Shown: in pieces, positions 8,398 to 18,172 of the stretch
Layout: each line of letters opens with the position of its first letter
How positions within the stretch are numbered: the stretch's first letter is position 1
NCBI GenBank assembly: GCA_034659035.1
Contig: JAYEGI010000159.1
Location: forward strand, 1-36,399
DNA length: 36,399 nucleotides
Direction of reading: 5' to 3'
Source: Methanobacteriota archaeon
GTDB lineage: Archaea > Halobacteriota > Methanosarcinia > Methanosarcinales > Methanogasteraceae
Notes under the pieces: model-generated
What the model saw: the letters and a program-made list of their open reading frames with translations, nothing else
What the model was told of the DNA's origin: nothing
Database searches by the model: none
Made by a program: the position numbers and the translations under genes

Positions 8398-9147
8398 TCA
8401 TCTTCCCCTCATCAGAAAGACGGCGATAACCACTGCCAGCAGTGCGAATGCAGACTCAAAGCCGGTCGTGGCTGGCGATGTTGACATCGCAGTGGTCGGT
8501 GTCGGGGCCGGATGCGCTGCCCGGTAATTGCTCACAAGTCCGGAAAGTCTTGTTAAATTGTGGTATCCCGGATGAAGCGTACTATCCGGGGAAACCCAGC
8601 ACGGAATACCTTCAATACCTGCGTATATGTCCGTCTTATCACCCTCCTTCTCAACTTTCAGGTAGTGGGCTCTACCACCGATTTGCAGGATCGCTACTCC
8701 ACTACCCTCATCAAGCGTTATTCCAGCCGAGTTATTCTCATCAAAGATGTGGATGGTCATATCGTCGTCTGATTTGTCGATTTCTGCGCTTTTTACCCAA
8801 CCTGCATGATAAGTATTCTCAAGATACTCAAAAAGTCTACTACCCTCTCCTGTGACATCGTCCCAGCTACACAGGTACATGCTCACATTTCGGCATGCTG
8901 CCCCATTCTTATTGCAGTCTATATGAGTCACATTCGCAAAAGCATCGCCAAACTCCTCCTTCTGCCTGGCGCACCACCCGCACTGCTCGGTGCCATACAT
9001 CGCCCAGCCATCGGCAGTCAATTCATCAGCCAGTTCGCGTGTATCGATGCTGGAATTTAAAATTGCATCGGTCGCACAAGCGTTTCCTGTCAGTAATGTT
9101 AAAAACAGTGCGATTACCAATATCTTGCAGATTACATCTCCTTTCAT
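8398..9147 (-). CDS. Secreted thioredoxin-like (CxxC) protein with an inserted 85-aa module and a PGF-CTERM-like tail
   Basis: MYGTEQCGWCARQKEEFG...IDC...C and GIEGIPCW...GY resemble the VKOR-associated Trx-like domain. PT linker, then TGFESAFALLAVVIAVFLMRGR. Confidence 0.8.
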   Translation of the reverse strand: MKGDVICKILVIALFLTLLTGNACATDAILNSSIDTRELADELTADGWAMYGTEQCGWCARQKEEFGDAFANVTHIDCNKNGAACRNVSMYLCSWDDVTGEGSRLFEYLENTYHAGWVKSAEIDKSDDDMTIHIFDENNSAGITLDEGSGVAILQIGGRAHYLKVEKEGDKTDIYAGIEGIPCWVSPDSTLHPGYHNLTRLSGLVSNYRAAHPAPTPTTAMSTSPATTGFESAFALLAVVIAVFLMRGR

Positions 9148-9209
9148 ATTATTATGCCTCTTCTATTACCCGATATCCGGGGTCGTCATATTTCAACCGC
9201 ATTTACCTG

Positions 9210-9264
9210 TTAGGTATACAATAACCCTGTCCTAAAAAAATTAGGTTTTGAGGGAAAAACCGAA
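9210..9264 (-). promoter_or_regulatory. Operator/promoter array upstream of the Trx-GTPase-ATPase-SBP-beta-helix-DUF2162-MotA-DUF2149 unit
   Basis: TTAGG(9210-9214)-N16-CCTAA(9231-9235)-N5-TTAGG(9241-9245)-N14-CCGAA(9260-9264). Confidence 0.85.
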
Positions 9265-9301
9265 CCATTCTCTTCTGTGCTACTGCATGAAACAGCTTCA
9301 C

Positions 9302-11200
9302 CTACCGCCATTTCATGAACCTTCCGATCAGAAACACACCGGCAAACATGCAGATCACAAGTAACATCTCGTAGAAAGACACATCAACCCGGCGGAACGA
9401 TGTCTCGGTGTTGAGAGTGGAGCCTTCAGTGGACCTGGATGTTGGCATCGCAGACGGTTCCTCTGCCAGGCCGGTAACCTCGATTACAGGCACATCGGTT
9501 GAGGCTGCATAACAGTAACCACTACCCGCGAGTGATACCCACGGCGCGCCGAGAACTACCTGTCCGGGAGTTGTAAGCACAATCACATACTCAGTCTCGT
9601 TCGTCTGGTTCGCAGCAAGAAGGGTATGTATCGTCGGGTCTCCTGATATCAGTTCCGCACCCGGTGGCAGGACATCTGCCAGGTTGATAGTCGCGTCCAT
9701 ATTCCCTGCGTTTCTGACACTCAGCGTAACCGTAACCGTGTCGCCTTCCCGTATCTGCTCAGGATGCGCCGTCTTGTTAACAGTGATACATACCCCGTCC
9801 ACGGTTATCACATGACCATTCGACCGCACGCTGATATTCGTTTCACCCATCACAAACTCTGCGACCGCACCCGGAACCTCAAATACCCCTGGTCTTTCCG
9901 GCGCTATGTGATATGAGAAGCACAGAGACTCCGATGGTGCGATATTAAACATCCATCCCGGAGTCTCGTTGCCACTCAATCTGAAACCGGTTGGGACGGT
10001 ATCGTTCAATCTAACTTCGAGATCTCTTCTCCCAGTATTCTCGAGATCGATGCGCACCCATACCGATCGATCCATCGATATATGATCGTTCACCGTTTTT
10101 GTAAGTTTCAGATCAAATCTCGGCAGCACCAAAATCTCGGTTGAGGCAGACTCGGTGTACATCACACCCTTCTCGTCGAATCCTGTGACGTTGACCGAGA
10201 TTGTATATGGCTCTCCTTCGATATCATTGATCCCTGTTGGGACACGCAAACGTGCGTAAACCAATTTTTCAGACTCCTCGGCATTTTCCGAAGGAGCATA
10301 TATCCTTCGCTTGCTACCCTCGCCCGTAACCTCCATAGTAGGGATGTCGTTATGGAGATCTCCATCCCTGATTTTTATGGTTGCTGTGTCCCCACTGATC
10401 TTTATCTCGACGTTATTATCACCGCTCTTGACCGTGATTTTGTCATCATCTGATAATCTCAGAACTCGTTGACTACTCAGATAACCCACCCAGCCGAGTT
10501 TAAGATCTTCCCTGAGATACTTCAGGACGTCAGCGTCATCGCCCCAGTTGAACAGATAATCCCCCTCCTCCTCCGCGAGGAGGTTGCTGGGATGGTTGGT
10601 GAGATCACTTACCGCCTGAAGATCGCCGGGGTCAATCACAACATGCACATTCTTGAGTTCAGTATCGCCGATGTTCTCGATCTCGACAGTGACACGGATC
10701 TCTGAATCCTGTGGAGAGTAGACCTCACAGCCGGTTGTAATCTCAAGCGAGATCTCCGGCTTTGCCCGCTCGTAGAACGTGATTTGTATCAAAGGGTCAT
10801 CCCACTGTGTCGGAGTTTCCGACTCCGGATACTCATCAGTCTCGTTTACTATCGCGATTATGATTTCATCTTCCCAGTTCAGCCAGTCGCATACGTCCAT
10901 ATTCGGATCTATATGAAATGTCATCTCATTCACGCATGATGCGTTCAAGCACGACTCGTCGAGCAACTCGTCGCCTCGCGAAAGTTTCAGATATACCAGA
11001 TCAGTCTCTGGCACATAGTCTGTAAACTTGACTGTGTAGTTATTCACACGGTATGTTTCGCCTTTGTGGAGCGACTCACGTCCCGTGTCCGCCCAGTAAT
11101 CCGAATCGTCGGGATCAAGTGCGGACGCGGCGTCCACGAACACAAGGCACATCATGACCATTAGCATCAGCACCAGTCGGTGCACCGCTCGATCATTCAT
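9302..11200 (-). CDS. Cell-surface BatD/DUF11-like multi-Ig-domain protein with a C-terminal TM anchor
   Basis: Signal peptide; repeated V.V.I.N.G...L.D.VP.GF Ig-like modules; Ser/Thr linker; TM plus basic tail. Confidence 0.7.
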   Translation of the reverse strand: MNDRAVHRLVLMLMVMMCLVFVDAASALDPDDSDYWADTGRESLHKGETYRVNNYTVKFTDYVPETDLVYLKLSRGDELLDESCLNASCVNEMTFHIDPNMDVCDWLNWEDEIIIAIVNETDEYPESETPTQWDDPLIQITFYERAKPEISLEITTGCEVYSPQDSEIRVTVEIENIGDTELKNVHVVIDPGDLQAVSDLTNHPSNLLAEEEGDYLFNWGDDADVLKYLREDLKLGWVGYLSSQRVLRLSDDDKITVKSGDNNVEIKISGDTATIKIRDGDLHNDIPTMEVTGEGSKRRIYAPSENAEESEKLVYARLRVPTGINDIEGEPYTISVNVTGFDEKGVMYTESASTEILVLPRFDLKLTKTVNDHISMDRSVWVRIDLENTGRRDLEVRLNDTVPTGFRLSGNETPGWMFNIAPSESLCFSYHIAPERPGVFEVPGAVAEFVMGETNISVRSNGHVITVDGVCITVNKTAHPEQIREGDTVTVTLSVRNAGNMDATINLADVLPPGAELISGDPTIHTLLAANQTNETEYVIVLTTPGQVVLGAPWVSLAGSGYCYAASTDVPVIEVTGLAEEPSAMPTSRSTEGSTLNTETSFRRVDVSFYEMLLVICMFAGVFLIGRFMKWR

Positions 11201-11535
11201 CAGCCACCCTCCGGGACATACACCGTTGCACCATCCGCAGTCTCGCCGATCATCCCCATCACATTCGATATCTCAACCTCGACCATCTCATCAGTGACAT
11301 TAAGCATCTCGATCTCCTCGCCGTGTTTCACGATCACCTGCATATCAGGTGTTCCGGGGTTCCTCACGACCACAACATCCTCTTGTGTCAGAAGTTCGGG
11401 TATGCTCATGTGGATCAAGAGCATTACCATCAGTCCGAGAGCAAAGACCATCGCGGCATCAAAGAGGTTTGCAACGCCCGATAGCGGATCCTCATCCTCT
11501 TCTGCCGTTTCCGTCTTCCTATGCATATATTTCAT
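11200..11535 (-). CDS. DUF2149 family membrane protein (second copy)
   Basis: DEDPLSGVANLFDAAMVFALGLM, VVRNPGTPDMQVIVKHG, TVYVPE. Confidence 0.9.
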   Translation of the reverse strand: MKYMHRKTETAEEDEDPLSGVANLFDAAMVFALGLMVMLLIHMSIPELLTQEDVVVVRNPGTPDMQVIVKHGEEIEMLNVTDEMVEVEISNVMGMIGETADGATVYVPEGG

Positions 11536-12257
11536 TCTTCGCCTCCGAATAGCACCTCGCAGATGTACTGTATATCGTTCATGTCCTGCCTGTACCAGCG
11601 TGTCCTTGTTGTCGTGATCAGGTATGCCACAGAACCGATCAAGAGTCCGACAACGGTAGTTCCAAACGCTATGATCAGGCTTCCTGCAAGCGCCTCCACA
11701 TCACCCTTCGTAAGTGCAAGAAGCGCAGGTCCCATCGGTATCAGGGTTCCCATCAGCCCGAACATCGGGCCAAGTCGTACCATCGACTTTGACTTCTCAA
11801 GCTGCTTTGAGATCAGGAGATCGCATCGCTGGAGCAACTTCTCAATGTTTACCGGAAACAGCTTTTTGTAGGTTCCGGGGTTGTCCAGTCTGGTCTCCTT
11901 CTCTTTTATCGTGAGGAATCCGTCTAAGAACATGTATACAAACCGGCTTGTTGTGCAGTTGTTGAGTACATTGATTCCTTCCCTGAACTTGCCATCATCG
12001 ACAAGCATCTTCGCCTCGATGATCTCTCTTTCGATATCCGGTGACTCCTTCTTTGAGAGAACACCAGTCCCGGTACTCCTTCCTAACCTGCCCATTCTCG
12101 ACAGATACTCGACCGTAAAAACGCCGATCTCTGTTATGAGCCACAGCGTGAGTCCGAGCAGTACGATTATCACAGGATACATCAGTGATGTCGATATGGT
12201 ATATATCGCAGATTGCAGTATCTGCGGAAAGTGTGTTATGATTGATATAATGCTCAT
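11532..12257 (-). CDS. MotA/TolQ/ExbB proton-channel family protein (second copy)
   Basis: RLGPMFGLMGTLIPMGPALLALTKGD...LIIAFGTTVVGLLIG. Translationally coupled to both neighbours by 4-nt overlaps. Confidence 0.92.
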   Translation of the reverse strand: MSIISIITHFPQILQSAIYTISTSLMYPVIIVLLGLTLWLITEIGVFTVEYLSRMGRLGRSTGTGVLSKKESPDIEREIIEAKMLVDDGKFREGINVLNNCTTSRFVYMFLDGFLTIKEKETRLDNPGTYKKLFPVNIEKLLQRCDLLISKQLEKSKSMVRLGPMFGLMGTLIPMGPALLALTKGDVEALAGSLIIAFGTTVVGLLIGSVAYLITTTRTRWYRQDMNDIQYICEVLFGGEE

Positions 12258-15200
12258 CTGTTATTTCTCCTGTGTGTGATCAGTTCGCCACGGAATCCAA
12301 CGTAGAACAGTAGTAGCAGGGATAATGCAATTGCAACCGTAATCCCGCTGTGCGAGACCACCACCTCCGTAACCGCGCCAAAGAAAGGATTACTTCTGAA
12401 TAGCTGAGCTGAAACACGTTTCTTTGCAGCACGCCCTGATGCACTCTCGTTTCCAACGGTTTCATCATAGTTCCATGCCCCACCCACCCCATCTCCAGTG
12501 TTGACTTCACCAGGTTGAATTAAATCTTCGAGAGGTGTACCATCTCTCGGATCTACATGTGGACCTTTGACAGTATCATTTAAACCACCGATCTCGCCTA
12601 CCGATGTCGTATTGGTGTTGTTATTCTCATCCGATTCCTCTATCACATATCCGGAATCGGCAAATACTTCCAGTTCGTTTAACTCAAGCGCTGACGTCCA
12701 TGTGAACTTCACCTCGGTGTCTGTGCCCACTGCAAGATTTGGTTTGACCAGCGCAGTGCCTGCAGGATCTTTATTGACGGAGAGCTCGACCTCGAACGCT
12801 TCTTTAGTCTCAACGGTGCCAATGTTTGCAACCATAGCGGTGGCATCGTTTGGCAGAAACATGGAGATCTTATCAGGAACATCGATCCTAGTTATGATAA
12901 GGTCAGGGCGAGCATACCATTCGATGTTCATACAGTTGTTATCCTCGTCGAACTCAGAAATTATGCTATTGTAGTCTGCACAGACTTCAATCTCAGCACT
13001 GGAGTCTTCTGACATCGTGAACGTATGCTGTACTGTGGTGGTGCTGCTCTCATTCGCCCTCAATTCCTGAATTTCCATATCATACTCGGGATTTTTATCT
13101 ACATCGATGCGCACTGAGATGTTTGACGCATCCGCATTTCCGATGTTCTTCATTGTGTATTCGATCTCATATCCCGCATCAAGATTATCAGGGTTGACCC
13201 ATGTCGGTGAGATTTCAGTGATTGTGAGGTCTGGCATTTTGCCGCATAGATAGGTGCATCCGGCAGCAACACCGTCATCCCTGTAATTCTCTGTCGTGTC
13301 GCAGGTGTTCTCGTCGCCAGTGGTACCTGAGCCAGGCCCATACACCATGATATCACACACTTCATTTCCGCAGACCGTATTCTCCTGTAATTCATTGTTG
13401 TACGACCCGTCGCTCCTGCCCATATTGATTCCATTCCCCGTGTTATCGTTCACCGTATTATAGCTGATGGTATTTTCCCCACTGCCAATATATATCCCAT
13501 CGCCATAGTTCTTCTTCACAATATTGTCAGCGATTGTGTTATAATTTGAGCTACTGCACTTCAACACGATTCCCCCGGTCAAGTCATCAGTTACACCTGG
13601 ACCGTTGCCATTGCAAGATACTTCGTTGTCTGTGATCTTGGTGTGCTGCAGCCCCCTCTTACACCAAAACCCAGCTTTGTCGTTGTCGTGGAGAATGTTT
13701 TCCGTGATGACGTTATCGCCATATCTACTGCCACCTGCATAGATGAATATCCCGTTGCCGCCGCCATCACAGAAGCTGCCTGTTCCTTTGTTGCGGTATA
13801 TCTCGTTGTCCCGTATCGTGGTCTTGCTTACATAACACAGATGGATTCCGTGCGTTTTTATCTCTGATCCGGTATCAAAACCGTTGTCATATATGTCGCA
13901 GTTCTCTATGAGATTACCTTTGACCGGATCGCCTGAAACACCTTTAAGCGCGATTCCCGTGCAAAATCCCACAATCTCCAGATCGGTTATCGTAACGCCA
14001 TCGTGCTTCGCGTTGTATATCCCACTCGCCGTACATGGCGCTTCTTCGCCTGCATACGTACAGTCCGCACAGGTCACCCCTCCAATTATCGCAGATCCGT
14101 TGCCATCAATCGTGATATCATCCGCCCCGATAATCAATCCCGGTCCAGATGCACATTCCATAGTCCCATTGAATGTGCAGCTCTTCATCACCAGGTCTCC
14201 GCAGAAGTATGCATCACCTGACCCATCATCAGCAACACACGCCGCACCCTCGTTTGAGGGGGGCATGTATATATACTCCAGCGTATTCGGACGGCAGTTA
14301 TTCGCTTCGCGGTCCACCCAGAGTTCCTTCACAGTGTAGTTGCCAAATCCGATTTTGTGATAGAATATGTCTGCCGCATTGTTCTCAAGGACATTATCAG
14401 CACCGTCTGCACAGACCCAGATCCGGTCCTTGTTATAGTCGTCAGACAGCTCGTGTTCGTAATCGAATGTTTTATGCCGGGTATCACCTGGTCCCAATTT
14501 GTCAACCGGATCTTCTGCAATGCAACGGAACCTATCATCGATATGCAGGTATGTCGTGCTCGGATAGGCTTCACGAGACTTGTTTCTGTCGTTCTTTATC
14601 CTGTAACTGACGTTGTATCTTTTCTCGGTATGATTTACCCATTCCTCTCTCTTCCATGTAATTCTGAGGTCAGGCGGGGTCCATGGATATGTGCACCCGT
14701 AGATCATGCCCATAGGGCTACAATCCCAGTATTCCCGGGTGCGGTCACATGTGTTCTCGTAGCCTGAGTTCGTTCTATTAGTCGAGGTCTCGTCATTGAA
14801 GATATCCCCGGCATCGTTGTCGCCGATCGCACTTGCATTTATTGTGTTGTTTGTTGCATAAGGGCTGAAATAGATTCCATAACCCATGTTCCGTGCCACG
14901 GTGTTATTCAGAAGTAAGTTGTAACTCCCGCCAACAACGACGCCTGCGATACCGGTTCCGCGAGTATCATAGATTCTGCTGTTGCGCACTGTGCTATAAT
15001 CCGCAGTGAGGTTGATCCCGCTTTGAAGGTTCTTGCGCAGATTGCAGTTCTCAATCGTGCTGTCCCTTGCATTCTTTATCGCAATCCCGGTAGAGAAGTC
15101 CTTTACCTGCAGGTTCTTTACCGTAACGTTTGTCTGGTTGCTGAAGATTCCAATGCCTGTAAAATCCCCGATGATCGTATAGCCTGAGCCGTCGATTACG

Positions 15201-18172
15201 ATATCATCAGCACCAGCGATCAAGCCACCATTTGATAGGCAGTTCATGCTCCGGTTGAATATACAACTCTCGTTTACCACCATCCCGCAACTGAAGTTGT
15301 ACGTCTTGCCCACACAGACGCCGTTTGCGCCACCGCAATAGAAGATACATCCAACCGTTCCCTCGTCATTATAGTTGTCTGTCGTGTCACATGTGTTATC
15401 ATCGCCGAATGTTGAGGACTCATTTGCAGTGTCGATGATGTCCGCACCCTCGTTACCACAGACTGTATTGTTATATAAGAAGGTGACTCGGCCACCGTCG
15501 ATGAGGATTCCATCGCCAGTAACATTAGTACCGTTACCGTTCTTGCACCCGCTAACGATGTTGTCCGCGATCGTGGCATATCCCTGAGCCACACGGATTC
15601 CTGAGCCGGTGTTGCTTTGTACCAGATTCTTCGAGACGGTAGAGTTCGTTGTTCGGTCATACCCTATTTCCCAGCCCAGATTGACGCCGGTGCAGAAATT
15701 CACCAATTCGCCGCAATACCCGTTATCCTCTATCCGGTTACCTGTGATATTGAGGCACTTACAGGTAGAGGGCGCATAGATGCCTGAGTGGTAATTGTGA
15801 AATATGAGGCTATTTATAATGCTACAATAACTGCTGCCATCACCGATACCGTCATCGAAGTTGATCCCGTGACCCCCGCATACGGTTCCACCGCCTCCGG
15901 GGTAAATGCCTCCGGTATTATTGTAAACTTTGCAATCGTCTATGATGACATTGTGTGAGTTAACTATGGAGATTCCATAAGTGTATCTGCCCACAGCGCC
16001 GTTGTCGTGAACCGAGCAGTTCTCTATCCTGTTGTCATCTGCATAACCGATACCAATCCCGGTACAGAAGTTCCTAATATCCAGGTTCTTAATTGTCACG
16101 TTGTCATGTCCGAAGGGGATGCCAAGTTCAAAATCACAATTACGAATTCCGCTTCTTCGATAGTGGTGCGCCAAGTTCTCTGAACATCCGGACCGTTCTC
16201 CCAATACGCCAAAGCCCTTGCCGTCTATGACAACATCATCTGCTACTATTGACACACCTTTCGGGCAGTACATGTCACCGATGAGCGTGCAACTCTTGCA
16301 TATCTCCGCCGGATATGTGTGGACAGCACCCCAGCCCCCTCCACATGTGAAGCGTGTGCCATCAGCAGCCACACATGCACCACCCCCAAAGGTACCGTTC
16401 AGGCAGTGTCTGCCATCCTCCCACCCTATGCAGATAGCACAGGCAACGATCTCCTTATCTCCAGGCATCGTGAACGGTCCGATTGTGTGTCTATAACCAT
16501 CCCAGTAAAACGTGTCATATCCTATAGGTGGGACGGCCTCGGTTTCACTGAGATTGCCATCGATATAAACGGACAACGTGCTTTCATTCGAAGCAGCAGC
16601 TCCTATTTTAGCATTGTTACACACCTGGTATGTGATTTCAAACGTCTTATTTTTGCCATCGACCCATCTGCTCCATGCCGAGTGAACGAAGAGATATGCC
16701 AATCCGAACCTGTGTGATCGGAAGTTATTATCCTCATTACCCTCATTAACCACCTCCTCGTTGTCCGCACGGATCTTGATTGTTGTGGAATACTTTTTTT
16801 TTCCACGCAGTTCGAATGGACCGACTGTACTTGTATAGTTCTCACCTGACGCCAGTGCCGGAACCTGATCAAATCTCTCTTCGATACCAAGCAATCCTGA
16901 ATTGTGGAGGTGTGTTGTACTGCTACTCGCATTCGCAAGCCCGGCATTCTTTACTGTATACATGATCTCGAATGTTCGGTTTGTACGGTTGATCCATGTC
17001 TCTTTGTGGTCGGTGATCGCCAGGTCGGGCTTGCCGGTTGCAGGGCAGTCAAACGATTCTATATAACAATTGTTGGTTTCATCGCTTTCTAAAACCTCTT
17101 TATCAGTATCTGCGCAAAGCATAGCCACAACCTTTGTATTAGGTGAACAGGTGAACGGTCCTGAGATATTCTTGTACATATTGTCCGGGTAACTACCATG
17201 TGGCACCTCTATTGGATACGTTATATTAAAAGAAGAAACAACAGATCCATTAATTAAATCCGTAATATTGAGGGTTGCATTGCTGGGACCTACATTTACT
17301 TCTCCACAATTTGATATCCGATAGCAGATATTATACCTCCCATTTGCCCTATCAACCATTTCCACGAAACCACTCCGAGGATATGTGCTGGCTTGCAGGT
17401 CTGGCAGAGGACAATCCAGCTCTGCCTCATTGCAGTTGTTTGACTCATTGAACTCCTCGACCACACATCCACTGTCAGCACATACCGTAATCCATACGGA
17501 GTTATGTGGAAAGTCAAGTGGACCTACGGTGCTGCTATGGCTCTCACCCGCTGATAGTGGTCCGACAGCGTCGTTTGATACAGGAATGTCATCGATACGG
17601 ATGGTTGTGTCGCTCTCACCTGCATCTGCAGTCCCGGCGTTCTTCACCGTATAGGTGATGCTTAAAGTCTTGTTCTCCGGATCAACCACGTTTGCTGAGC
17701 AGTTGGTGATCTTCAGGTCAGGATATGGCTCAGCGAACTCGATTTCGAGGTTCCGTACAAATCCACCATAGCCAATATCATCTGCGGTTATGTTGTAAAC
17801 GGTCTCACTTGATGTCAGCCCATTGCTTGCATTGAATCTGATTATATCGCCTGTGCTAACATTCATTGAATTGGTCGGCATCTGATAATAGTTTGAAGTG
17901 GTATTTGTCCTCACCTCAAAGTTCTCACCCGTGTTCAGATTCATTACCGACACTATAATGTTCGATACCGGCTCATCATTGACGTAGGTGACACGTCCTG
18001 TGATGGCGAAAGGAGCTGTGTGATTCCAGCAGGAATCCAAAGACGCATCACGCAGGGTAATGTCCTCTACCGCGCTGTCACTGGTGATCAACGATGGCTG
18101 TGCGATTGCAAATGCAACACCTGCCAGGCACACCACTAGGAGGAACAGTGCGATCGACGGTCTCTCGCTCAT
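12254..18172 (-). CDS. Giant (1972 aa) surface protein: N-terminal 'X' module, multiple CARDB domains, three Cys-rich beta-helix units and a C-terminal TM anchor
   Basis: PDL.IT...N.G...CAD....V.E..E.NNC (CARDB) recurs; PbH1-like repeats; ends ALSLLLLFYVGFRGE...RRNNR. Confidence 0.88.
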   Translation of the reverse strand: MSERPSIALFLLVVCLAGVAFAIAQPSLITSDSAVEDITLRDASLDSCWNHTAPFAITGRVTYVNDEPVSNIIVSVMNLNTGENFEVRTNTTSNYYQMPTNSMNVSTGDIIRFNASNGLTSSETVYNITADDIGYGGFVRNLEIEFAEPYPDLKITNCSANVVDPENKTLSITYTVKNAGTADAGESDTTIRIDDIPVSNDAVGPLSAGESHSSTVGPLDFPHNSVWITVCADSGCVVEEFNESNNCNEAELDCPLPDLQASTYPRSGFVEMVDRANGRYNICYRISNCGEVNVGPSNATLNITDLINGSVVSSFNITYPIEVPHGSYPDNMYKNISGPFTCSPNTKVVAMLCADTDKEVLESDETNNCYIESFDCPATGKPDLAITDHKETWINRTNRTFEIMYTVKNAGLANASSSTTHLHNSGLLGIEERFDQVPALASGENYTSTVGPFELRGKKKYSTTIKIRADNEEVVNEGNEDNNFRSHRFGLAYLFVHSAWSRWVDGKNKTFEITYQVCNNAKIGAAASNESTLSVYIDGNLSETEAVPPIGYDTFYWDGYRHTIGPFTMPGDKEIVACAICIGWEDGRHCLNGTFGGGACVAADGTRFTCGGGWGAVHTYPAEICKSCTLIGDMYCPKGVSIVADDVVIDGKGFGVLGERSGCSENLAHHYRRSGIRNCDFELGIPFGHDNVTIKNLDIRNFCTGIGIGYADDNRIENCSVHDNGAVGRYTYGISIVNSHNVIIDDCKVYNNTGGIYPGGGGTVCGGHGINFDDGIGDGSSYCSIINSLIFHNYHSGIYAPSTCKCLNITGNRIEDNGYCGELVNFCTGVNLGWEIGYDRTTNSTVSKNLVQSNTGSGIRVAQGYATIADNIVSGCKNGNGTNVTGDGILIDGGRVTFLYNNTVCGNEGADIIDTANESSTFGDDNTCDTTDNYNDEGTVGCIFYCGGANGVCVGKTYNFSCGMVVNESCIFNRSMNCLSNGGLIAGADDIVIDGSGYTIIGDFTGIGIFSNQTNVTVKNLQVKDFSTGIAIKNARDSTIENCNLRKNLQSGINLTADYSTVRNSRIYDTRGTGIAGVVVGGSYNLLLNNTVARNMGYGIYFSPYATNNTINASAIGDNDAGDIFNDETSTNRTNSGYENTCDRTREYWDCSPMGMIYGCTYPWTPPDLRITWKREEWVNHTEKRYNVSYRIKNDRNKSREAYPSTTYLHIDDRFRCIAEDPVDKLGPGDTRHKTFDYEHELSDDYNKDRIWVCADGADNVLENNAADIFYHKIGFGNYTVKELWVDREANNCRPNTLEYIYMPPSNEGAACVADDGSGDAYFCGDLVMKSCTFNGTMECASGPGLIIGADDITIDGNGSAIIGGVTCADCTYAGEEAPCTASGIYNAKHDGVTITDLEIVGFCTGIALKGVSGDPVKGNLIENCDIYDNGFDTGSEIKTHGIHLCYVSKTTIRDNEIYRNKGTGSFCDGGGNGIFIYAGGSRYGDNVITENILHDNDKAGFWCKRGLQHTKITDNEVSCNGNGPGVTDDLTGGIVLKCSSSNYNTIADNIVKKNYGDGIYIGSGENTISYNTVNDNTGNGINMGRSDGSYNNELQENTVCGNEVCDIMVYGPGSGTTGDENTCDTTENYRDDGVAAGCTYLCGKMPDLTITEISPTWVNPDNLDAGYEIEYTMKNIGNADASNISVRIDVDKNPEYDMEIQELRANESSTTTVQHTFTMSEDSSAEIEVCADYNSIISEFDEDNNCMNIEWYARPDLIITRIDVPDKISMFLPNDATAMVANIGTVETKEAFEVELSVNKDPAGTALVKPNLAVGTDTEVKFTWTSALELNELEVFADSGYVIEESDENNNTNTTSVGEIGGLNDTVKGPHVDPRDGTPLEDLIQPGEVNTGDGVGGAWNYDETVGNESASGRAAKKRVSAQLFRSNPFFGAVTEVVVSHSGITVAIALSLLLLFYVGFRGELITHRRNNR

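Noticed and set aside
8192-8401. 69-aa ORF overlapping both neighbours by 4 nt
   Set aside because: It is largely a translation of the repeat element. The tidy overlaps are noted, so translational coupling is not fully excluded.
8623-8877. Intein interpretation of the inserted module
   Set aside because: It lacks an N-terminal Cys/Ser, a C-terminal His-Asn and a +1 nucleophile, and is shorter than typical mini-inteins.
1768-12257. MotA proteins as flagellar stators
   Set aside because: They pair with DUF2149 rather than MotB, and archaella are ATP-driven.
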